From Candidatus Sumerlaeia bacterium (lineage in GTDB: Bacteria > Sumerlaeota > Sumerlaeia > SLMS01): 13,766 bases of DNA. Both the position numbers and the translations under genes were made by a program. The first letter of the stretch is position 1. Every line of letters begins with the position of its first letter. Below the pieces are notes generated by a model. That model saw only the letters and a list, made by a program, of their open reading frames with translations. It had not been told where the DNA came from and did no database searches. This document shows, piece after piece, positions 7,801 through 13,766 of this stretch. The stretch covers positions 1 through 13,766 of the forward strand of contig JBBQYG010000105.1 of assembly GCA_038208905.1 (NCBI GenBank). Direction: 5' to 3'.

Positions 7801-7885
7801 CCCACGAATCGGCGGGGGGGTCGTCCCGCCTCGCGGGCGGGTCGAAGTCCGGCTGCTGAGCCTCCGGTTTGTCGTCCTGAGCCAT
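4859..7885 (-). CDS. GT-C type integral membrane glycosyltransferase (arabinofuranosyltransferase-like family) with C-terminal TPR repeats
   Basis: Start re-called at ATG 7885 (MAQDDK, GGAG at 7894-7891). After TM1 comes IDDSYITFRF...GYGWRFNPDGPRVEGLTNFLW, then PNTYYAK, GDWMPSFRF and DVDGLTD, with many TM helices. TPR-like units (ARALRENP, KRALPHAP, DEAIRRIP) lie at ~5150-5630. Substrate unknown. Confidence 0.85.
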   Translation of the reverse strand: MAQDDKPEAQQPDFDPPARRDDPPADSWAEWEREADPVPPAFEPDYPALRVRRARPAPELPVFDPDYREPDVPPAPVDTSSYGLFEGMGVWLRGWWSVGAVLRLVALALISTYFVLQCAPYWVIIIDDSYITFRFVDLFVQGYGWRFNPDGPRVEGLTNFLWALCLVVPAMLQWDLMFVSKIMGQACGVATIAASWGMARSLRGRDDWFNMIPPFLLATNAHFANWAMMGLETLMQVMLVVTAYWRFEAERRDPRNWLLSPFVCVLAAMTRIDSLYYLFPLGVYGLWLVLWGRLPLRRLFRWGVYAAIPFVIYWGWRYTYYDDVMPNTYYAKQRLVGESRAMGLEQLRVFYFDQADFKKNAPMEIARVPADMEYGWLMKLDRMLWNLSFPQWNSLAWICFWVLALLLALQSTATPLLGAMAGRRRRKESAFFSDVHLGKIVIMVVMPWAMNVYYIYHVNGDWMPSFRFFQIVIPFIGVAAAIGFGWFFALASEFLVTAWLKIAAGIASMAVALALLISNGYEQSRIIAVSVYGPGSVYWGWRSNDWFMPKQLFANYRRGFVPALNDVSNYLLTDTQDNAYIFMSDIGQPLYFADHLNLYDVDGLTDPFLAHAPSTRGRLPTKKQRIQQLIATQPPDKALTSADMKNIEKQAERDVFNAFLARNTSYIMEQRQPEYLLIFLNHERPDPKSKGWAYPEISARVYAHPKMKNYVDDWQMGKIANVFNHVFRRSDVPREVPDKVKLARLFRAIDRNPRVSYLVGLLYRESLKMENISPEDKKRVRAVVEDAFVRWQGDPVVRELASLARQGGDNEMARIELARALRENPSDIASYWPFSRIHEDEKDWAAAIDIMKRALPHAPQGDNAVLYHLAWLSEQAGDITGGLAYIDEAIRRIPTQARAYSDKGAMLERASRLPAFTPGQQIEFRRQAIPAFEMMIEQTREPLPHIVEIIARLLRETAAPVRTRATHPTPDAKAARDAEVSGFLRGTGAIAAPPRAETDYQRGETKYE

Positions 7886-8183
7886 GCCATCTCCGATACC
7901 CCCGTGCCAAAACGAGCCACCAGCCGGGGGGCCGGTCAGGGAACGGCAACGGCCCGAGCGATGGCAAGGGGGAACGGGGGAACGGCGGGAAAAGCGAAAA
8001 CAGCGGCAAAGGCGGAGATAAGTCGGCGAACGCCGGGAGTGGAGTTGGGGCGACATGCGTCGCATAGGCCCTATCGGTCCCATAGGTCCCATCATGGACT
8101 CCGCGCCAGTTACCAGTTGCTCACGTCCTAGGAGCCCGAATCTGTTGGTCCTATCCTAGATAGAGGGAGCCCCCCGAACCCCC

Positions 8184-10130
8184 ATGCCCGCCATCCTCCT
8201 CCTGATGGCCGTCCACGTGGCGGCGGCGTGGGTGGTGTGTGGGCGGGTGTTGCGTCCGGGGCGGTTGGTGGCGCTACCGGTTCAGGTCTGCCTCGTGGCG
8301 TTTGCCACCTTCTATATGCTCCCCACCTCCATCGCGTGGGCGACGGGGCGGATCGGGACGTGGGTGGTTCTGGTGGCGGCGGCGCTGACATTGGGTGGCG
8401 CAGGCGCGGCGGCGTACTTTCGCCGGGAATCCGAGTGGCCCCTCCGCCGCGTGGTCCAGCGGGTGCGGGCGCTCGGGTGGTTCGAACTTTCCCTGTGGGC
8501 GGTGGTGCTTCTCATCTGCGCCCCGGTGGCCTATGTGGCGATGGTGTTGCCGATGCGGTGGGCCGACGCCATCGGGTATCACTCCATCATGCCGGTAAGC
8601 TGGGCGGTGACCCACCGTTTCGACTTCAATGTGTTCGGCGATCCCACCACGAATCTGCAGTACGGCCAGGCGGAGGTGTTCCCCAATATCAAGGGCATAC
8701 TGGCCTACCTTGTCATGGACTGGACCGATCGCCAGGCGGGGACGGCGGCGGTGCAGATTCCGTTTCTGCCGCTGATGGTATTCTCGCTCTATGGGTTGTT
8801 CCGCGTGGTGGGCCTGCCCGGGTGGGCGGCGGTTGTTGGAGTGATCTTTCACCTGGTCGCGCCGGAGGTCCTCATCAACGCGATGGATGGCTATGCCGAC
8901 ATCGTGTACTATGCGGGCGTCTATGCGATCCTGTTCCTGCTGATGACGCTGTGGCGCGACGGATTCGACTGGCGGGGATTGGCCCCGATGGCGTTGGCGT
9001 TTGCCGTCACGGTGTCGGCCAAGCCCTTTGCCCTGTTGATGTGCGGCGTGCTGGGCGTGTGGCTGCTGGGATTCGCGGCATGGCGCGGCGTGGGCGGATG
9101 GCGCCCCGCAGCGCAGCGCGCGGGCGCGGCGCTGGCGGCGGTGATCGTGGCCTGCCTGCTTTCCGGCGGGCCGTGGTATATCCACGGGATTCTGGCCCGG
9201 GGGAATCCGGTGTATCCCGTAACTGTGGACCTACCCGGAGGACGACAGCTTCCGGGGCAGATCCAGAGCGACGTGAGCACCGTCCTCGCCGAGCGCAACA
9301 CCGGCAAGACGGGCCTTCGCGCGTGGTTCTTCATGATGGCGGAGCACTATCGCCCCGCCTCCATCAGCTCCTGGAGTTCCGGCCTCGGGGCCCATTTCTT
9401 CATCCTCGGTTTTCCGTCGGTGCTGCTGTTCCTGCTCTTCGGGCTCCAAGGCCCGCGGTGGAGATCGTATCTGCCGCTCGTTCTGATCGTGGCCACGATG
9501 CTGCCGAGTTCCGGCTCGCTCCTCATCCCGCGCTACAACCTCTATCACGTGGCCGCGGCGGGGCTGGCGTTCTGCTGGCTGCTGGCGGAGACCACAAGGA
9601 TCCCGCGAATCTTGCTCGGCGCGGTCTTCGCCGCGCTCTCGATCTACAATGTGTCGCGCGTGGCGCCCTCCGCCATGAGCCGCATGAGACCCGCGCCGCT
9701 GGTGTTCTACACCTTCGCCTCCGGAGACCGGCGGCCCGCGTACTTCGACTGCTTTCCCGGCGAGCTCCGCGCCATCGACTACTGGCGCGAGGCGTCGTCA
9801 CCGGGCGAGAGCCTTGTCTATACGTTCACCAGCGCGCCCTTCCACTTTCGCGCCAAACCCGACCGGCCGGGGATGGACCTGATCCACCACGCGCCGTGGA
9901 CCGGCGAGGGCGATCCCGCCGCGTGGATTGCGAGCCTGCGCGCCACCGGCGGCACCTTTTTCTACTGCGGGGCCGGATCGCCCGAGGACCGCCTCGCCCG
10001 CGCGCGGCCCGATGCGTTTCGCCTCGTTCTCGCCGGCAACGGCACCGGCGCCGTCAGCCACATGAGCATGTTCCCCCGCTCAAGCGATGCGATCTACCGA
10101 ATCCTCCCCGCAACCGAGGCCGCCCCATGA
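8184..10130 (+). CDS. Polytopic membrane protein, probable GT-C (PMT/ArnT-like) glycosyltransferase
   Basis: 648 aa with more than 10 hydrophobic segments. Motifs WADAIGYH, DGYADI, SAKP and GGPWY-x6-GNPVYP are typical of PMT_2-like proteins. A soluble C-terminal domain follows. Confidence 0.8.
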   Translation: MPAILLLMAVHVAAAWVVCGRVLRPGRLVALPVQVCLVAFATFYMLPTSIAWATGRIGTWVVLVAAALTLGGAGAAAYFRRESEWPLRRVVQRVRALGWFELSLWAVVLLICAPVAYVAMVLPMRWADAIGYHSIMPVSWAVTHRFDFNVFGDPTTNLQYGQAEVFPNIKGILAYLVMDWTDRQAGTAAVQIPFLPLMVFSLYGLFRVVGLPGWAAVVGVIFHLVAPEVLINAMDGYADIVYYAGVYAILFLLMTLWRDGFDWRGLAPMALAFAVTVSAKPFALLMCGVLGVWLLGFAAWRGVGGWRPAAQRAGAALAAVIVACLLSGGPWYIHGILARGNPVYPVTVDLPGGRQLPGQIQSDVSTVLAERNTGKTGLRAWFFMMAEHYRPASISSWSSGLGAHFFILGFPSVLLFLLFGLQGPRWRSYLPLVLIVATMLPSSGSLLIPRYNLYHVAAAGLAFCWLLAETTRIPRILLGAVFAALSIYNVSRVAPSAMSRMRPAPLVFYTFASGDRRPAYFDCFPGELRAIDYWREASSPGESLVYTFTSAPFHFRAKPDRPGMDLIHHAPWTGEGDPAAWIASLRATGGTFFYCGAGSPEDRLARARPDAFRLVLAGNGTGAVSHMSMFPRSSDAIYRILPATEAAP

Positions 10131-10978
10131 ATCCCCGCGACCTCCTCGCCCGGTGGAACACGCCGGAGATCCAAGTCCGCCGCGCCATCGGGATCCTCGG
10201 CGTCGTCCTCGCCGCGCCGCTCGCATGGTACTACTTCGTTCGGTTCGAGACTTCTGGCCACTTCGAGAAGGATGGCCCCATCTTCTACCGCGATATCGCC
10301 GCGAACTGGCGCAACTGGTCGGTGCTGACCGAGGACGAAATCCGCACGGCGCTGCGCACCGGGAACCTCGACGAGTTCCACACCTACGTTCTGGGAGCCG
10401 CGATGGCGCGCTGGCGTGTCCGCAAGGAGGCCCCCGCGCTATGGGATCGCATCATGGAGGACTATGCCCGCGGCGCGTGGACCACGCCCCCGCGAGCCCG
10501 GTGGGAGGCGCTCTTCGCCGAGGCCGACGCCGCCTGGATCGCTGCCCGGGAGAAAGCCCTCGCGACCCGCACCGACGCGGAGCGCAAGGCCCTCGTATTC
10601 GTTGGCAAGCCCCAGCCCTCCTTCCTGCGCATCTCCTTCGCCGAGGGCACCACCACCGCCGACGTCGGCACCCTCGTCCACCTCGTGTACGACGACGAGG
10701 CGACCGCCGCGGAGTACCGCCTGTGGGCTTGGTGGTGCGTCAACCAGCCCGGGGTCTCCGGCTTCCGCCAGCGCCAAGGGCGCGTCTATTCAATCCCCGG
10801 CGCCCCCGATGGCCGCACGCGCCGCGTCCACGAATTCGACATGTCCCAGGAACCCGCCTGGACCGCCGCCGAGGCGCGCCCCATCTGGATCGACATCCGC
10901 GCGAAACTTGACCCGGCGTTTATTGTGGGCGTGGAGATTGTGGGTGGGCTGGGGGAGGCGGGGAAGACGGGCGAGTGA
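10127..10978 (+). CDS. Hypothetical single-pass membrane protein (283 aa)
   Basis: True start MNPRDLL is at an ATGA overlap (10127-10130) with the upstream stop. One TM segment (AIGILGVVLAAPLAWYYFV) and high-GC3 codon usage. The upstream part of ORF 8228..10978 is an off-frame shadow. Confidence 0.82.
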   Translation: MNPRDLLARWNTPEIQVRRAIGILGVVLAAPLAWYYFVRFETSGHFEKDGPIFYRDIAANWRNWSVLTEDEIRTALRTGNLDEFHTYVLGAAMARWRVRKEAPALWDRIMEDYARGAWTTPPRARWEALFAEADAAWIAAREKALATRTDAERKALVFVGKPQPSFLRISFAEGTTTADVGTLVHLVYDDEATAAEYRLWAWWCVNQPGVSGFRQRQGRVYSIPGAPDGRTRRVHEFDMSQEPAWTAAEARPIWIDIRAKLDPAFIVGVEIVGGLGEAGKTGE

Positions 10979-11029
10979 AGGCAGCACAGCCCACGCGCCG
11001 CTCCCCTTTTGCGCTGGATTCCACGGCCT

Positions 11030-11070
11030 TTGCACAAACCGGTTGCACTCAGTCGGCGGGGCGGTAAACA
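11030..11070 (+). promoter_or_regulatory. Candidate LacI-type operator overlapping a possible promoter
   Basis: acaAACCGGTTgca (11034-11047) has a CG-centred palindrome resembling TGnAAnCGnTTnCA, 60 bp upstream of the LacI gene. TTGCAC occurs at 11030 and 11043, and TAAACA at 11065. Confidence 0.55.
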
Positions 11071-11106
11071 AAGGGTCACCACTCCGATTGGACCGCTCCG
11101 CCCCCC

Positions 11107-12192
11107 ATGTCGATCCGCAAGCCACGTCTTCAGGATATCGCCAAGAAACTCAACATTTCAGCCGCCTCGGTTTCGCGCGCGCTGGCCGATAATCCGCGCA
11201 TTTCGGAGGCGTTGCGCAAGCGCGTCCACGCCGCCGCCGCGGAGATGGGATATGTGCCCAACACGGCGGCCCGCGCCCTGCGCACGGGAAAGCCCGACAT
11301 GGCGGCCCTGATGGTGCCGAATCTCGCCGTCCTGCGCATGGGCAAGAACCTGGAGGTCCTTCAGGCCATCGACGAGGAGCTGGGCCAGCACGGCATCCGC
11401 CTGTTGGTCGCGTCCTACCACCAGCCCTCCCTGGTCCCCGCCACGATGCGCAAGGTGCTGGCCGATCCGCGGCTGGCGGGGTTGCTTTTCGTAACGAACT
11501 ACATCACCGAGCCCCTGATCGAGATCCTGCGCAAATCGACCTGTCCCACGGTGCTGGCGAATGCGTATCCCGAGCGCTCCTGGGAGAAGTGGAAGGGCGT
11601 CTATGCCAGCGGGTCGGAGAACTTGGTCGGCAGCGAGATGGCCACGCGCTATCTGATCCAGAACGGGCACACGCGCATCGGCGCGTTTGTCTGCGAGCCC
11701 GGGCTGCGCGACGCCGACCTGCGCGAGGAGGGCTTCAGCTATGCGATGTCCCAGGCCGAGATCGAGGTCGATCCGCGCCACATCGTCCGGTGCGATTTCC
11801 TGCGCGGCGTGGAGACGGGCTATCGCGCGGTGTCGCGCCTGCTGACGGCGACGGGGCCGAAGCAGCGCCCCACGGCGATTTTTTGCAGTAGCGACGAGAT
11901 CGCGGCGGGCGCCCTGAGCGGGCTTGCCGAGGTCGGCATCCGCGTGCCGGAGGATATCGAGGTCATCGGGTTCGGCAACCACCCGTTGGCGATCGCGCTG
12001 GCGCCGTCGCTCACCACGATCACCCACGATGGAGAGGCGGTGGGCCGCGGCGCGGCGCGCCTGTTCCTGGAAATCGTTGAAGGCCGCGAGCCCGCGGAGA
12101 CCCAGCTCCTTCAGCCCGCCGAGCTGATCATCCGCAAGTCGACCCTCCCCCACGCGGTCCCCGTCCGGAAAAAGAATGTCGCCCCCGTCTGA
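11107..12192 (+). CDS. LacI/GalR-family transcriptional regulator
   Basis: HTH PRLQDIAKKLNISAASVSRAL, hinge MGYVPNTAARALR, and sugar-binding-fold motifs PTAIFCSSDEIAAG, VPEDIEVIGF, PSLTTI, ELIIRKST. Confidence 0.97.
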   Translation: MSIRKPRLQDIAKKLNISAASVSRALADNPRISEALRKRVHAAAAEMGYVPNTAARALRTGKPDMAALMVPNLAVLRMGKNLEVLQAIDEELGQHGIRLLVASYHQPSLVPATMRKVLADPRLAGLLFVTNYITEPLIEILRKSTCPTVLANAYPERSWEKWKGVYASGSENLVGSEMATRYLIQNGHTRIGAFVCEPGLRDADLREEGFSYAMSQAEIEVDPRHIVRCDFLRGVETGYRAVSRLLTATGPKQRPTAIFCSSDEIAAGALSGLAEVGIRVPEDIEVIGFGNHPLAIALAPSLTTITHDGEAVGRGAARLFLEIVEGREPAETQLLQPAELIIRKSTLPHAVPVRKKNVAPV

Positions 12193-12946
12193 CGGCGGCG
12201 GCCCCGGGATCGTCTCCGTCTCCAGCCGCGTTGCCACCGGCGCCGTGGGGAATTCCCGGATCGAGGCGGCATTCCGCCTCCTCGCGCCGGCGGTCTCCCT
12301 CTCCACCATCGACACCGTCCAGTGGACGGCCCCCGGCAACGTGCCCACGCGCGCGGGCCCCACGCTGGGCGTGGCGGACCTTGGCGCAATGATGGCGGCG
12401 CTTCGCTCGCGCTGGTGGCTTACCGGGTACCTGCGCTCGGCGGAGCAGGTCCGCGTCGTCGCCACGGCGCTCGCCCGCATCGATGGCGCCGCGGTCCTGG
12501 TTGATCCCGTCCTCGGCGACATGGGCCGCGTCTATATCGATATACGGGCCGCCGAGGCCATGCGGGCGGAGCTTGTCCCGCTGGCCGACTTCCTCTTTCC
12601 CAACGAGACCGAGGCCCGCTACCTCGCCCTTGGCGAAGCCGATCCATCGCCGCGCCCCAATCCGGCCACGCTGGCCGGGTTCCTCCTGGCGCGGCATCCG
12701 CGTCTTCGCGGGCTGGCCATCACCGGCATCGACCGCGACGACGGCCGCATCGCCACGCTCGCGGCCACGCGCGACGGCAGCGCCGAATTCTCCGTCCGCA
12801 AGATCCCCGGCACCCACCAGGGCACCGGTGACTACTTCGCCGGGGCGATGGCCGCGCTGTTGATGACCGGCGTGGAGTTCCCCGAAGCGGTGAACCGCGC
12901 CCAGCGCGCGGTGGCCGAGTCGCTTGAGGGCGCTGTCGCGCGATAG
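12176..12946 (+). CDS. Pyridoxal/pyridoxamine kinase-like protein (PdxK/PdxY, ribokinase superfamily)
   Basis: SVSSRVATGAVGN, LTGYL, VLVDPVLGD-x-GRVYI, FPNETEA and the anion-hole motif GTGDYFAG. Overlaps the LacI stop by 17 nt. Confidence 0.85.
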   Translation: MSPPSDGGGPGIVSVSSRVATGAVGNSRIEAAFRLLAPAVSLSTIDTVQWTAPGNVPTRAGPTLGVADLGAMMAALRSRWWLTGYLRSAEQVRVVATALARIDGAAVLVDPVLGDMGRVYIDIRAAEAMRAELVPLADFLFPNETEARYLALGEADPSPRPNPATLAGFLLARHPRLRGLAITGIDRDDGRIATLAATRDGSAEFSVRKIPGTHQGTGDYFAGAMAALLMTGVEFPEAVNRAQRAVAESLEGAVAR

Positions 12947-13209
12947 CGCCCCGATCGTCCGCGCGGCGTTGGACCGCCGCCGCTCCCCCGCCGCCGGAAA
13001 ATTTCGTATCCGGCACCCCCCTTGCATACGATCATTCCAGTTCGGCGGGTACTTGGAGCGGCGAAATTTTGACCTGCTCCCTCCCATCGCCTAACAACGA
13101 CGGCTTTCCCCGAGACCCAAATAGGGGACGCCAACATAGAGATTCCGATTTCAATTGGACCGAAAGGGTGATACCCATGCCTGCATTACTGGCCCCGAGG
13201 AAAGTTCCG

Positions 13210-13766
13210 ATGATTGCCACCGAGCGTCAGCGTATCCTCGCCGTGGACGATAACGAGGAAATCCTGGACCTCATTCGGCTGACGCTCGAGGCCGAATACG
13301 ACGTGGTCACGATCAGCGACCCGGTGGACCTCTACGAGGTGCTCGACGTGTTCGAGCCGGACCTCCTGATCCTGGACATCATGATGCCCCGCATCAACGG
13401 ATTCCAGCTCATCGAAATGCTCCGCAAAAGCCTCGGAACAAAGGACTTGCCGATCCTTGTGCTCTCCGCCAAGAACAGCGCCGGCGAGATCAAGCACGGC
13501 TACAAGCTGGGCGCGACGCTCTATCTGACCAAGCCCTTTGTCCCCGACCGCCTGAAGAAGAACGTCGAGACCCAGTTCCGCGTTCACCCGACCGGCAGCA
13601 GGAAGAAATCCGCCGAGGGCCACACATTGGCCGCCCAGCTCGAGATGACGCCCTCCTTCCGCAAGGGCCACCTCCAGATGTCCCACGGCATCGCCCGCAA
13701 GGACCAGATCATCGACGCCCGCAAGCGCATCGAGGACAAGATCCGCAAGGACGAGGCGGACGCCGA
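13210..13766 (+). CDS. Response regulator (receiver domain plus C-terminal extension), truncated by window end
   Basis: Manual translation: MIATERQRILAVDDNEEILDLI...PDLLILDIMMPRINGFQ...PILVLSAK...GATLYLTKPF. The DD pair, phospho-acceptor D, S/T and KP are all present. GAGGA lies upstream, and there is an alternative in-frame ATG at 13177. Not in the ORF track because there is no stop in the window. Confidence 0.95.
   Translation, partial: MIATERQRILAVDDNEEILDLIRLTLEAEYDVVTISDPVDLYEVLDVFEPDLLILDIMMPRINGFQLIEMLRKSLGTKDLPILVLSAKNSAGEIKHGYKLGATLYLTKPFVPDRLKKNVETQFRVHPTGSRKKSAEGHTLAAQLEMTPSFRKGHLQMSHGIARKDQIIDARKRIEDKIRKDEADA

Noticed and set aside
7886..8095. Extended N-terminus (MMGPMGPIGPM...) of the 1078-aa ORF
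   Set aside because: It translates intergenic nonamer repeats and has no protein-like composition. ATG 7885 has a good Shine-Dalgarno sequence.
4790..8131. Long plus-strand ORFs 4790..6046 and 6053..8131
   Set aside because: Antisense shadows of the GT-TPR gene, expected in high-GC3 DNA, with no recognisable motifs.
8228..10126. 916-aa ORF 8228..10978 as a single gene or a frameshift fusion
   Set aside because: The first 633 codons are an Arg/Gly-rich off-frame shadow of the 8184..10130 gene. The protein-like part starts at the ATGA overlap at 10127.
13095..13180. Possible c-di-GMP-type riboswitch (ggggacgccaac, ccgaaagg) before the response regulator
   Set aside because: Only isolated words resemble the motif, and I could not build the required stems in the right order. 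An Rfam scan would settle it.
11158..13686. Minus-strand ORFs 11158..12522, 12128..13087 and 13186..13686
   Set aside because: Antisense to the clearly identifiable LacI, kinase and response regulator genes.

Overview
High-GC bacterial window. The style of the large secreted protein's C-terminal domain is reminiscent of Candidatus Sumerlaeota/BRC1, but this is unverified. The left end is a damaged locus. On the minus strand, a secreted Pro/Thr- and Cys-rich ORF (1306->704) is cut exactly at the right terminal repeat of an IS66 remnant (310-707, containing an internal 77-bp duplication). On the other side of the IS lies a start-less RHS-core fragment (308->window edge) that the ORF track misses. 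Upstream on the same strand are a 1091-aa secreted protein (about 14 beta-propeller blades plus a tandem-duplicated C-terminal domain) and a GT-C type membrane glycosyltransferase fused to TPRs. Divergently on the plus strand are a second GT-C-like membrane protein coupled to a single-TM hypothetical, a LacI regulator with a candidate operator, an overlapping pyridoxal-kinase-like gene, and a response regulator truncated by the window edge. All calls come from reading motifs by eye; no searches were run.
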